This document shows, piece after piece, positions 25,458 through 38,445 of a stretch of DNA of 64,000 bases. Made by a program: the position numbers and the translations under genes. Source of the DNA: Chiloscyllium plagiosum (taxonomy: Eukaryota); contig NC_057728.1 of assembly GCF_004010195.1 (NCBI RefSeq), positions 48,928,848-48,992,847 of the forward strand, written 5' to 3'. Positions within the stretch are counted from its first letter, which is position 1, and each line of letters begins with the position of its first letter. Below the pieces are notes generated by a model, which did no database searches, was not told the origin of the DNA, and saw nothing but the letters and a program-made list of their open reading frames with translations.

Positions 25458-26192
25458 NNNNNNNNNNNNNNNNNNNNNNNNNNNNNNNNNNNNNNNNNNN
25501 NNNNNNNNNNNNNNNNNNNNNNNNNNNNNNNNNNNNNNNNNNNNNNNNNNNNNNNNNNNNNNNNNNNNNNNNNNNNNNNNNNNNNNNNNNNNNNNNNNNN
25601 NNNNNNNNNNNNNNNNNNNNNNNNNNNNNNNNNNNNNNNNNNNNNNNNNNNNNNNNNNNNNNNNNNNNNNNNNNNNNNNNNNNNNNNNNNNNNNNNNNNN
25701 NNNNNNNNNNNNNNNNNNNNNNNNNNNNNNNNNNNNNNNNNNNNNNNNNNNNNNNNNNNNNNNNNNNNNNNNNNNNNNNNNNNNNNNNNNNNNNNNNNNN
25801 NNNNNNNNNNNNNNNNNNNNNNNNNNNNNNNNNNNNNNNNNNNNNNNNNNNNNNNNNNNNNNNNNNNNNNNNNNNNNNNNNNNNNNNNNNNNNNNNNNNN
25901 NNNNNNNNNNNNNNNNNNNNNNNNNNNNNNNNNNNNNNNNNNNNNNNNNNNNNNNNNNNNNNNNNNNNNNNNNNNNNNNNNNNNNNNNNNNNNNNNNNNN
26001 NNNNNNNNNNNNNNNNNNNNNNNNNNNNNNNNNNNNNNNNNNNNNNNNNNNNNNNNNNNNNNNNNNNNNNNNNNNNNNNNNNNNNNNNNNNNNNNNNNNN
26101 NNNNNNNNNNNNNNNNNNNNNNNNNNNNNNNNNNNNNNNNNNNNNNNNNNNNNNNNNNNNNNNNNNNNNNNNNNNNNNNNNNNNNNNNNNNN
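25458..26192. other. Assembly gap (735 N)
   Basis: Run of N. Confidence 1.
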
Positions 26193-27797
26193 ATAAATGA
26201 TTTGGATGTGAGCATAACAGGTATAGTTAGTAAGTTTGCAGATGACACCAAAATTGGAGATGTAGTGGACAGCGAAGAAGGTTACCTCAGATTACAACAG
26301 GATCTTGATCAGATGGGCCAATGGGCTGAGAAGTTGCAGATAAAGTTTAATCAGATCAATGCGAGGTGCTGTATTTTGGGAAAGCAAATCTTAGCAGGAC
26401 TTATACACTTAAATGGTAAGGTCCTAGGGAGTGTTGCTGAGCAAAGAGACCTTGGAGTGCAGGTTCATAGCTCCTTGAAAGCGGAGTCGCAGATAGATAG
26501 GATAGTGAAGGCGGCGTTTGGTATGCTTTCCTTTATTGGTCAGGGTATTGAGTACAGGAGTTGGGAAGTCATGTTGCGGCTGTACAGGACATTGGTTAGG
26601 CTACTGTTGGAATATTACGTGCAATTCTGGTCTCTTTCCTATCAGAAGGATGTTATGAAACTTGAAAGGGTTCAGAAAAGATTTACAAGGATGTTGCTAG
26701 GGTTGGAGGATTTGAGCTACAGGGAGAGGCTGAATAGGCTAGGACTGTTTTCACTGGAGCGTCAGAGGCTGAGGGGTGATCTTATAGAGGTTTATAAAAT
26801 CATGAGGGGCATCGATAGGGTCAACAGACAAAGTCTTTTCTCTGGGCCAGGGGAGTCCAGAACTAGAAGGCATAGATTTATAGTGAAAGGACAACAATAT
26901 AAAAGAGACCTAAAGGGCAACTTTTTCACGCAGAGGGTAGTATGTGTATGGGATGAGCAGATAGAAGAAATGGTGGAAGCTAATACAATTCCAACATTTA
27001 AAAGGCATCTGGACGGGTATATGACTAGGAAGGCTTTGGAAGGATATGTGCCGGGTGCTGGCAAGTGGGACTAGATTGGGTTGGGATATCTGGTCGGCAT
27101 TGATGGGTTGGACCGAAGTGTCTGTTTCTGTGCTGTACGTCTCCATGACTCTATATTATGGAAAAGAAAAGCCTCTCGGATAAGTTACGACATCACTGTC
27201 AACAAGAACTGGATCCCAGTATGATATACTGCCTTTCTGAAGAGATAGTGAAAATTTAACAGAAATTAAAAATCATGTTTAAAAAGGCAAACCTGTACAA
27301 CAATATGGCAGTTTGAACAACAAAACTCAGGATGAATAGGAGTTGGATACTAAAAAGAACAGGCCAAAAGATTGAAAGGCTGCTTTCAGATTAATACTGT
27401 ATAGTTAAAGCACCAACATGGTTTATAAAACGAACAGTTTGCTTGAACAGAAGTTTAATGTTATTCAAATGAATGGAAAGTAATCCAGATATTAAAAAAA
27501 GTCACTGTCAGGTAACTTGCATCCTAATTGAATATTTAATTGATATTAAACTTCTCTAGTACATTAATATTTGTCTTTTATGAAATTTGGTTTCGTTGCA
27601 ATCAATAATGTGAACAGTTCATTGAAAGCTAGGTAATAGACACACAAACACACATATACTGTATATACTTTACAGATCTAAATTCCAATTCTTGTCCACA
27701 ATTTTCTGCAAAGTAAAAATACATTGCATAAAAATTATGCACTTTAAGTCTTTTACCCCACACGTTGAACAAAAACTGCTGAAATAAAATCACTCAC

Positions 27798-27909
27798 CCA
27801 GACTTGGCCATTAGAGTTAATGCTAGCAGTCTCTCTCTCAGCGTCATGAATCCAATCATATTTCAGAAGTTCTCATGTAATTGTTGAACAGCCATTTTAT
27901 ACTTTCACC
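27798..27909 (-). other. Probable FRS2 5'UTR exon (112 nt) containing several upstream AUGs
   Basis: Strong acceptor tttgctctttctgtttacag| at 27910 and consensus donor TGG|gtgagtg at 27797, in non-repetitive sequence upstream of the first coding exon. Vertebrate FRS2 has non-coding 5' exons. No transcript data available. Confidence 0.7.
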
Positions 27910-29285
27910 CTGTAAACAGAAAGAGCAAACACCAAATATGACATTGTGCAATGCTTCATGGAACAACATACAGATGGGATCACAAATTGTATGTACAGCT
28001 TTTTTTAAAAAAAGTGATTCACCTACTTTTCAAATAAAATTAAGATAATGGCCGTCAAGCCAATGTAAACAGTTTAAAAAAAGGTTTTTTTTTCTGTAGT
28101 GAAAAAAATGGGTCTTCTAAGTTTGAAACAAAAATATAACAGAATTCTTGTGTTCAAATGACTGATGATAATGCCACATAATTACATTTTTTGCATTCCA
28201 CTATAACATCAAGCATGGGTTAAATTTAGCTCAGACAGTGTTCCTCCCACTGGCTTAGTGAGTTTATTCAATGTATAATGATGCCAGAAAGACTTGTAAA
28301 ATACCCAGATTGATTCTTACTCTGTTTTACGTTAAGTAATTTTAGTCATTTTGAGAACAAGGGTGCTACAACCAGCTTCAACATCCTTTTGCACGGACAG
28401 GAAAGTTAACTTCAGTTCCCAGCTCTGATTACTCTTCAGCAATCACTAAAATAAATGAACTTATGATCAGCTGAGGACACCTCCCTCCTTCCTCCCCCTC
28501 CCCCCAGTCCCTGAGTCATAAAGCAAACTGACAATTACAGACAAGGCTTTTACATGAATAATAAACTCAAGTCAACTAACTAAGGGCCCCTGGTTCCTCT
28601 GAAATTGTGTCTCAACACTGTCAGGAAAGAAGGGAAGGAGAGAAAACAGATGGGGGAGAAATGAAAAGTATCCAATACTGTAAATGTCCTGAACTAATCT
28701 GATGTGCCACAATCGTGAATGGAGGAATAAGTAATGGAGACCTTGTTCCATTGACCACAGAAAGCAATTTTACAACAGCATTTCTGAAGTGTAAATATCA
28801 AATTTTAGGCAGTTGTGTTGTCTAGAAGGAATTATTTTAAACTTATCTTCACCTTGGATCCTATAACAGCTGAGGAGAGATTTTCATCCCAATCTACCTG
28901 AACTAGATTCATGCAGCAAATTTACTTTTTAACCTCAGTTTTAATTGAATTATATTTTAACCAACTGATGTGTTGCCATTTGTCGATGAATGGAAAGTTC
29001 TAGATACTACTATAAAACTAGCTAATTACAATGCATTGAATTGAGCAGTCTTAATCACACTGTACAAGTTCTGTCTACAGCATGTGAAGAAATAATGAAT
29101 TGGCTTTGATTTTGTCTTCCATTTTAGTTAGATTACAAACTTTCAGTTAGATTTCAATAGTATAAGTCATACAAATGGACCAAATTGAAGAATACAGACT
29201 GCAATGAGCTAGGTCTGAAGAGCAGAAACAAATATACACACCTTGGAAATTATTTTAAATTCAGTCAGTTGAATTGACTTTTAAT

Positions 29286-30380
29286 CATAGAAGTATAGTA
29301 AATAGGAGGAGTAGGCCAGTGCTTCGAACCTGTCCTGCCAACCGATACAATCATGGCTGATCATTCTTCTTCGTACCCTACTCCTGTTTTCAACTCATAC
29401 CCTTTGATTCCTTTAACCCTAAGAACTATATTTATCTTTCTTAAAAATATTCAACATTTTTGCCTTTCTGTGGCAGCGAATTCCATAAGATCACCTCTCT
29501 GAGTGAGCAAGTCTTTCCTCAGCCTTAAATGCCCTACACAGTTTCCTTAGAATGTGACCCTGGTTCTGCGCTTCCCAGTCAGCAAGAATATTCCTCCCGC
29601 ATTGACCCTGCATTAAGCCCTGTTAGAATTCTAAAAGTTTCTATGAGTAACCCTCCCCCTTTTTATTCTTCTAAACCTCAGTGAATATAGCCCTCGCCAA
29701 TGCAGTTTCTCGTCACACATCCTGATGACGGGAGAGGGAAAAGATTTAAAAGGGACCTAAGGGGCAACTTTTTCACGCAGAGGGTGATGCGTGTCTGGAA
29801 TGATCTGTCAGAGGAAGTGGTGGAGCCTGCTACAATTACAAATTTAAAAGGCACATCAGGATGGGCATATGACTGGGAAGGGTTTAGAGGGATATAGGCC
29901 AAGTGTTGGTAAATGTGACTGGATGAATTTATGATACCGGTTGGCATGGACGAGTTGGACCAAAGGATCTGTTCTTGTACTGTGCATCTCTGACTCTATG
30001 TCATCCCAGGAATCAGTCTGGTAAACCTTTGTTGCACAACTAGAACATTATTCCTCAGAAAAGAGTCCAAAACTACGCACAGCGTTCAAGGTGTCATTCA
30101 AGTCCTTGTACAATTGCAGCAAGATGTCCCTGCTCTTGTACTCAAATCCTCTCTATAAAAAGGTTAACATATGACTTGCCTCGTCAGTGTTTGTTGAACC
30201 TGCATTCATACTGTCAATGACTGGTGTACAAGGACACTCAGATCTCATTGACCCTCCCCCTTTCCCAATCTATTGCCATTTAGATAATATACCACTTTTT
30301 TTTGCTTTTGCTACCAAAGTGCGTAAACTTACTTTTATTCATTGCATCTGCTAAGCATTTGCACACTCATGCAACTTGCC
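29286..30380 (-). mobile_element. Degraded CR1-type LINE 3' part (minus) with a HER1 3' end inserted on + at ~29728-29999
   Basis: Reverse tail catagaag..aaataggaggagtaggcc; insert translates RGKRFKRDLRGNFFTQRVMRVWN and ends gactctat. Confidence 0.8.
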
Positions 30381-30669
30381 CTACTTTGGAGAGTTGAAAT
30401 TTTTCAAAAGTTGAATTTCAATCTAGCATAACAAAGCTTTTTTTAAAAAAAATATCAATCTGTTCAATTGATGCAAAAGCTGCACAAAATTAACTTTAGC
30501 TTTTGCTGTGTCAATGATATAGACATGAGATAATTATGCTTCATAAGCAACTCTCATAAGCATGACAGAAGCAGAAAATATAGCCAGTTTTATTTTAGAC
30601 AGGGAAGTACAAAATATTAATCAACCTCGGCTTGAAGGTGTATGGTGGGGAAAAGAAAACAAACACATG

Positions 30670-31465
30670 GAAGCTGCAAAGATGCTGGCCATGATTTTCC
30701 AGTCTTCCTTAGATCTAGGGGTTGTACGAGAGTATTGGTGAATTGCAAGTGTTACAACCTTGTTAAAAAAAAATGAAGAATAGCTCAGCAACCAAAGGCC
30801 AATCAGTTTAACCTCAGTGACAAGAAAGCTTTTAGAAACAATAATATGTTACAAAAATTAGTAATCACAGGCAACTGTAGATTAATTAAGGAAAGCAAAT
30901 GTGGACAAAAAATTTTGCTTAATTAGTTATGTGAGCTTTTTGATGTGTAACCAAAAAAGGATTAATAAGGGTAATATGATGTGTATGGACTTCCAAAAGA
31001 CATTTGATGAAGTAATGCATCACAGACTTATGAGCAGGGTTAGAGCTCATGGAAGGAAACAGGGACAGGAGCAACATGAATATGATATTAGCTGAGTGAC
31101 TGGGATCTGTCGCAAATAGCTGTTTTTCAGATCACAGGAACGTTAATAGTGGAGTTGCCCAGGGACCGGTTTTCATCCTGATGTACATTAATGACCTAAA
31201 TAAACTTCATGTGCAGGACACACCTTCAAACTTTTCAGATCATATGAAACTTGGAAGTATGTGAAGCATGAGGAGTACAGTGCAGAATTTCAAAAGGACA
31301 TGCACAGATTGGTGGAAAAGGAGTCACATCATCGGAAACTAAAAAAGATTTGTTGGGTTTTTGGAAACGGCAGAAGAGTGGCATTAGGTGAATGGATCAT
31401 TCAGTGGGCTAGCACAGACATGACAGCTCAAATTGCCTCCTCTGTGCTGTAACCATTCTGAGATT
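30670..31465 (+). mobile_element. Highly degraded CR1-type LINE RT fragment
   Basis: MDFQKTFDEV and YINDL-like remnants plus a tail. Confidence 0.7.
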
Positions 31466-32814
31466 CTAACTCAATTGATTTTTAAAAAACAGAGATAGCA
31501 ACCACAACACATCTGCAGAAAGTTGACAATGCTACACTCAGCTGAAGTTGGTAGAAATAATATTTCACATGATTTTAATTTAGTTTACAAATCTCTTTTT
31601 GGAAAAGTGCTCATGAAGGGCGAAAAATAATCAGTATTAACAGCTGGCAGACTACCACACATAGGAAACAATATTTTTCAGAGATGTACGCCTCTTACTG
31701 AAGTATTGTTAACCTAACTTCGTACCTGGTATTTTTTTCAATGATAATGTCTTCCCCTTTCCTCCAACACACTTACAGAAATTCTTTTTGATGAGCAAAT
31801 GTATACGAAACCACACCTTCCTTCTAGCAAATGTTCAAAGCATAAATCATTTCAAATTTCTGGGCACGGGATCAGTCAGAATGGTCAGGGTTAGCGACTA
31901 TTTGTTTGTACTGGACTAATCTCCCTGGAACGTCTGCAATAAGTAGGATGCATATCAGCTCAAACATTGTTTTGTGCACAGTAGCAAAGAAACAGAGTTG
32001 GGGAGGTGGGACACAAGAGATTGCCACATAAGGAAACTTATCTTTGTATTATGCACAAATAATAGTCACAGTTGACACTGGATTTTTCTGTTGCTATACC
32101 ATGAGAACAAAGTTGAAGCTGTTACCTATATGCAAATTGGAACTGTTAAAATCCTTTTCTTTACTAACAAAATCAATACAAGACTATTTTTTCTTGCAAT
32201 ATTTATTCATGTAAACTGGAAGTCAAGACTGAAATATTTTGTCCGCACATTTTGTCAGTGTATCAAAGTACAATACTGAAATCAGATAAACTTCCCAAGG
32301 CTCAAAAACACCTCCAACAAATCTTTCCCTCCTGATCCCTAGAATAAATGGTAGGGGTTTTTGCCCGGTCCAATTGTGCGCAATTAATTCTGAGTTTGGA
32401 AATGCTACTTACTTTTTGCCTCAGCATCCTATTTACATAGGCCACATTACTTCTGATCAATAAGTGAGCTTTTTGTCCTGCCATGGTACCCTTTGACATA
32501 GAGATGAACAGTGTGGAATGTAAACAATGTCCCACCAATTGCCTCGACTAAATGCTTCCTTCACAAACCTTGCCTGCCTGCTTCCACTCTCAAATCTACA
32601 TTCTTCTCCACCTCTAATGAAACATTCTTTGCTTGTCTATTTGTCAATATAATTAAGGTTTTTTTCCCACATTTCTTTAATACTGGAATCAATACATGGA
32701 CAAAAACTATTCAAACTAATGGCATTGATGTTACAATAGACTTTAGCAGTGAAATACTGAGAATTTGCCACTTTTGTGGACTGCAACTTAAGAACTTACT
32801 TATTCTAAAATCCA

Positions 32815-33356
32815 CACTAAAACAGCAGCTAATGAACTTGAAAGACCCTATACAGACAACAAGCAAAACGAATGCCATTTACAAAATACCGTGCAAGAAC
32901 TGTAACAAACACTACATTGGACGAACAGACAGAAAACTAGCCACCAGGATACATGAACATCAACTAGCCACAAAACGACATGACCCTCTCTCACTCGTAT
33001 CCTTACATACAGATAACCACTTCAACTGGGACAGCACATCCATCCTAGGACAAGCCAAACAGAGACACGCATGAGAATTCCTAGAAGCATGGCATTCCAA
33101 CCGGAACTCTATCAACAAACACATGGACTTGGACCCCATTTAGCAACCCCTGAGGAAAATAACAGGAAATGACATCACCAACCCAAAGAAACCCAAACAT
33201 ATAAATACAAAGCAGGAATCATCAACAGTGCTTCGTCCAGAAGCTCACTGAAGATGTTACCTAATACAGTGATGAAACATCTGAAAATGAACCTTCCAGC
33301 TCAGTGAGCAAACCTACATCCAGAACCTCAACCTGAGCTACAAATCTTCTCAAAAC
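32815..33356 (+). mobile_element. Penelope-like retroelement 3' fragment (family C): GIY-YIG endonuclease remnant, 3' terminal region, 11-bp TSD
   Basis: AIYKIPCKNCNKHYIGRTDRKLATRIHEH...FNWDSTSILG is a GIY-YIG motif with CxxC. TSD tctaaaatcca at 32804-32814 and 33357-33367. In-frame stops present. Confidence 0.9.
33245..33284 (+). ncRNA. Minimal hammerhead ribozyme motif in the PLE family C 3' region
   Basis: tca-CTGAAGA-t-gttac-ctaataca-gtgat-GAAA-ca-TC-tga; stem I tca/tga, stem II with G-U pairs. Confidence 0.65.
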
Positions 33357-34209
33357 TCTAAAATCCAAAATTACAATGCACTGCAATGGGTTCCAGAATT
33401 CATCTTGATGATCTGTTTCAATTCTTGAAGAAGCAGGGACCAGAATTCAGGAATTTTTGCCTCCAACATGCAAGTAGTTTTTTTCTTCTTCTTTGTTCTT
33501 TCACTGGATGCAAGCATCACTAGCAAGGTTAGCATTTACTGTCCATCCCTAGTTGCTCTTGAATGGAGTGATTGGTCACACTAGACAGCTAAGAGTTAAC
33601 TACATGGCTGTAGATCTGGAGTCACATATCCAGACCAGGTGAGGATGGCAGATTTTTGCATGTAAAGAGTTAGAACTCAATCACAAGCTCAAGTCAGCAA
33701 AGATCGTGAGAAGGAAACATATCAGCAGATTAGATGAGAATATACGTTAGAAAATCTAAAGCATCATTGCTATAGTCTGTTTAAAATGTTCATAGTTCTC
33801 TCAACTCCAGACTGCTCCCCCACCCCCACCCCCCATCCCCCCTCCTCTGCAGTCCCCACTGTTTCATTTCCATTTCTCTCTCACCATTTCCTTGGTCCCA
33901 CCAATAACAGAAACAGCATTTGACACACTCTAGCCAATTGCTAAAAATGTTAAATGTATCTTTTTTTAATTTTATTTTTAAGTTCCACTTCTGCTTTGAA
34001 ATATTTAAAATCATAAACACTAATCTGTCACTGAAGACTGACAACAAGCGGTATGTCTTCACCTTATGACATCATGTAACATCGTGTAGCTTTGTTCACA
34101 GTGTACCACACTGGAAGAATACACTCTCTCCCAATGCCAGGCTCTGCTACTGCAAAAGATGGCTCCTGCGGTAGCTTATGGAAAAGTACGGGCCAAATTA
34201 TGCTGTGTC

Positions 34210-34615
34210 AATGAGTTCAAGTTCAGTTGAGCGCAAAAATTCAGGCTTACATTCCATTAGTCTGGAGTGAGTTTGCACTGCTGGATGTGCCTCTTTCAGG
34301 TAAGGTATAAAACGAGGGTCCTGTTTGCTCTCTCAGGTGAATGTAAAAAAAAAATCACTTGGCACTCTATTGCAGAGGACAAGAACATTTACCCCTAGTG
34401 CTTTGGAAAATACTAATGCCTCAAATCAACATCACAATGACAGATTATCTGGACGTTATCACATTGCTGTTTGAAGTTGCTTGCTATGCAGTAATTAGCT
34501 TAAAAATATCTTACATTACAAACCATGACCACATTCTTTAAAAAACACTTAAGCATTTTGGAACATCCTGAAATTTTCATAACAGCCTTATAAAAACACT
34601 AGACTTTCTTCTTTA
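34210..34615 (+). mobile_element. Deu-domain SINE (SacSINE1/AmnSINE1-related), degraded
   Basis: ctctcaggtgaatgtaaaa...cctcaaatcaacatcac..acagattatctggacgttatcacattgctgtttg...tacattacaa matches the recalled Deu-domain consensus; tail ctttcttcttt. Confidence 0.75.
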
Positions 34616-35266
34616 TCCTGTGCTTTTTGACATTGTCTCAGTGAAGCACTTTAAGAAACAAGGAGTCAGTACAATCTCTCAGCTGGATGGCAAGAAAGAG
34701 GTTTATGTAACCTTTTGTGGAATATATATTTCATACATTTTCTGAAAAATATATATATATATCACTGCACATTAGGCCCATCAAGTCTGTTCTACTGTGT
34801 GTCTCCAAGAGTCACTGAGTTTATATCGACTTGAATGCTCAATCTGAAATCCTTTAGATTGAGAAATGTTGATGTCTCAATGGACCTGGTGTCTTTGCTC
34901 ATAAGTCACTGAAAGCTAACATGCAGGTGCAGCAAGCAATTAGAAAGGCAAGTAGCCTTTTTCACAAGAGAATGAAAGAACAGGACTAAATATGTCTTAT
35001 TTACACTGTTGCACAGAACATTGGTGATACTGTACCTGGAGTACTGTGTACAGTTTGGCTCCCTCAACTTTGGAAAGATAGATATATTTACCATAGGAGG
35101 ACAGCAAAGGTACACCTATAACTCGTGCAATGGCAGGGCTATTCAACAAGGACAGACTGAACAGATTGAGCCTGTACTCTCTGGAGTTAAAAATTTAATG
35201 AGGTCTCTACCTATTCTTCTAAAGGGTAAATGCAAGAAGTATGTCTCCTTGTCTGGGATATCAAGA

Positions 35267-35713
35267 CAAGGAAAAAATGAAGACTGCAGATACTGGAGTT
35301 CAGAGTCAAAACGTGTGGTATTGGAAAAGCACAGTAGGTCAGGCAGCAACCGAGTTGATTAGATTAGATTCCCTACTGTGTGGAAACAGGCCCTTCGGCC
35401 CAACAAGTCCACACTGACTCACCGAAGAGTAACCCACCCAGACCCATTTTCCTCTGACTAATGCACCTAACACTACGGGCAATTTAGCATGGCCAATTCA
35501 CCTGGCCTGCACATCGTTGGCCTGTGGGAGGAAACTGGAGCACCCGGAGGAAACCCACGCAGACACGGGGAGAATGTGCAAACTCCACACAGTCAGTCAC
35601 CCGAGCTGGAATCGAACCTGGGACCCTGGTGCTGTGAGGCAGCAGTGCTAAGATTCTCCTGCTCCTCGGTTGCACCCTGATCTGCTGTGTCTTCCCAGTG
35701 CCACACTTTTCGA
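35267..35713. mobile_element. PLE family A fold-back (14-bp TSD) with an HE1-like SINE (35355-35650, minus) at its apex
   Basis: TSD ctgggatatcaaga at 35253-35266 and 35714-35727; arms ~35304-35354 / ~35665-35713. Confidence 0.85.
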
Positions 35714-35794
35714 CTGGGATATCAAGAACCAGGGGACACAGTCGTAGAACAAGGGGCAAGCCATTTGAGATTATAAAGAATTTCTTCACTCAAA

Positions 35795-36026
35795 GATAGG
35801 TATGATGTGGTCAATTGAAACTTGCATCCCCATTCTAAATGATTAAAGACTTAACAGCAATCAATACATCATATCAGTTGTATAACACTTTGATCTTTAA
35901 CTATAAATTCTGTGCCCTAAGATCCTGCCCCACTCGCTACCTGGCGAAGGAGCAGTACTCCAAAAACTTGTACTTGCAAATAAACCTGTTGGGCAATAAC
36001 CTTGTGTTATGAGATTTTTAACTTGG
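35795..36026 (+). mobile_element. PLE family B fragment with a decayed hammerhead (ctggcgaaggagcagtactccaaaa at 35941)
   Basis: Homologous to 17120-17350; flanked by ttcactca direct repeats. Confidence 0.7.
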
Positions 36027-37959
36027 TTCACTCACAGAGCGTTTTGGAATTCTCAGTCTTTGAGAATATTTATGACGGAGATCAGTAGATTTTTTTGATA
36101 TCATCATCAAGGAGATAGAGCAGGAACATAGCAATGAAGTAGATGATCAGCCATGATCTAGAATGGTGAAGCAGGATTGAGGGACTGAAGGGTCTCCTCC
36201 TGCTCCTGCATTCCTCAACAGTCCAATAATTCAAATTGTCAGTTCCTTCTTAAAATAATTTATCAGATTGGCTTCACAATCCTCATTATTTTCAACAAAT
36301 TGCAGCAATCAATCACAATACGATCAACCATTATGTTAACGAATGGCAGAACAGGCTTGAGGGGTAAAGTGGCCTCACCTTGTTCCTAATTTTTCAGACT
36401 CCGGAAAACCACTATGAATTTTGTCTTTAACCTCCCGAGATCTAATGGGAAAAAAAAAATTCTGTTGCATTTATAATTGGTCTCTCCTAGCAGTATCCTC
36501 ATCAAACTACTCTTAATTACTTTCCCATCTTCCTTCTCATGGTGGGTTGCACAAATCAGCTAACCGTGTTTAAATTGTGACTTTTGTGTTGTTGATATTA
36601 GATGCTTGCTAGTGCGTAAGTGATTGAATAACTTGGGAAACCACTTGGTATTGCAGTCAACGGCCTAATGTGAGATATGCATGTTGCCACTTTCAACTCT
36701 TAAAAAAATGCAATGTATATCCCAATTAAATTTTTAAAAACTGTTTTTATACATATTTTAGCACATTCTTCCTTGGTACAGAGATTGTTATTAGTTGCAT
36801 GAGATCGAATAGAAAACATAACAGAATTTTCTACAGCTAATTATCTGGCGGATATTGTTCGAGGATGCAGCAGGTATAAAGCTGCACAAACCTCCTGCAT
36901 CAGGAATCACCCTTCTCATGGTTCACCAAAGATCTCACAGCATAAGTCAGCTTTAGATATATCCTCACCAACAAGAACAGTGCCAATTCTATAGAGCAGC
37001 AGAGTTTTCAATAACGCACAAAAGCACGAAAATACCACAGTTATGCTTATCCAATCAGGGATACAACTTGCATCATGAGGAGTATGAATGGACATCACAT
37101 ACAATCATTCAACAAAAGTCTTAAAGGATGAAAGCAAATGCATTATAAAGGCACAATACTGATTTTTAGTGGATCAATACAGGCAAACTTTGAAGTAAAC
37201 TATTCCAAGGGCCTTCTGAACGCTTTTAGAAATGAAGGTGCAGCCTAACCAAGCTAATGTTTACATATAATTTAAAACACAAACAGAACTATCACCCATC
37301 CCTGTTTACAAGAGTATTCTTTCATTTGGATAATGTTCGTGATTTAGGTCAAGATCAGCAATTTGCTTTAAGAAACCTGAAATCCTAGTTACTTCTGAAA
37401 AAAAATTAAGCTTCAAAATTCCATGGTCTAAACAAAATAATTTTTTACTATTTTAGTTTCTATACTCCAAAAAACAGAATCAATGTATATTAAACATTAA
37501 TTAACATACAAAATTAAAGCTGATAATAATCTATAAATGATAGATTAAATAGATATAGCAAAAACAGATCTTACAAAAATTGGTTTAACAGTCCTGCATA
37601 TGCTATTAATCTCAGTCATAAAATCCCTCAAAAGTCTTGTCTTCCCAAGATTTAGCCTGATCCCCAGCCAGATCAGTGCACAATCTCCCTACATTCCATG
37701 AGTACAGCTTCACCAAAATCTGGCACAAATAAAATCTGCAGAACCTCTGCATCTCTGCTTCCCATGTAATTCCACTAATGTTACCTTCCAGTCACAGAAA
37801 CAGGTACAGTAACTGTATCTCTGCTTATTCTGAGCTCCTGGGTCTGACATTGTCTTCTTCAGCCAGCCAGCATTGCACCATTGGACTTGTAACCATAGTT
37901 ATTTTAATCAATCTGTTCAGAATGCTGAGAAGTATCTCTGGTAAGGAGTGAAATGGACT

Positions 37960-38445
37960 CCTTCCTACTTACCTGGATAAATGAAGCTCCAATAGCACTC
38001 AAGAAGTTTGACAACATTCAAGACAAAGCACCACTACTTGACTGGCACCATATCTACAAACATTCACTCTCCCTACCATCAACAATCTGTAGCAGGAGTG
38101 ATTACCATCTATAAGATGCAATGCAGAAATTCACCAAGTTTCATCTGGTAGCACCCTCTAAACCCACCACCACTACAATCCAAAAGGACAAGGGCAGTGG
38201 ATAACATAGGAACACCACCACCTGAAATTGCCCAAGTTGCTCACCATCCACATATGGAAATATACCGCCATTCCTTCAGCATCGCTGGATCAAAATCCTG
38301 GAACTTGCTCTCTCTAACAGCATTATGGATTTATCTACATGAAATGAGTTGCAACGATTCAAGAAGGTAGCACATCACTCGTTATCTTCTCAAGAGCAGC
38401 TAGGGACAGGCCCCAGCCAGTGATGCTCACAGCCCATGAATGAAG
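37960..38445 (+). mobile_element. Degraded L2/CR1-like LINE 3' end
   Basis: actcaagaagtttgacaacattcaagacaaagca...aaaatcctggaac...ggccccagccagtgatgc tail. Confidence 0.65.

Larger units (their letters stand above)
23848..27155 (+). mobile_element. HER1/CR1 LINE ORF2 (AP endonuclease + RT) to 3' tail, disrupted; contains an insertion and an assembly gap
   Basis: APE motifs GGVA, MGGDFNFPNIDW, LDLLL and SDH; RT motif KFADDTK; C-terminal FFTQRVV; tail gactctat. Confidence 0.95.
34860..36215 (+). mobile_element. Degraded CR1-type LINE 3' part hosting nested insertions
   Basis: LEYCVQFG remnant and tail gatcagccatgatctagaatgg; interrupted at 35267 and ~35795. Confidence 0.75.

Noticed and set aside
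25243..26251. ORFs of ~300 aa
   Set aside because: Read-through of the N gap.
23850..27074. APE/RT ORFs as an active LINE or host gene (also 51610-53730 and 57720-58410)
   Set aside because: 5'-truncated and broken by stops and frameshifts; dead copies.
32511..33074. 187-aa ORF as a novel nuclease gene
   Set aside because: Only the part after 32815 is GIY-YIG-like; the upstream part is chance read-through of flank across the TSD, and the domain has in-frame stops.
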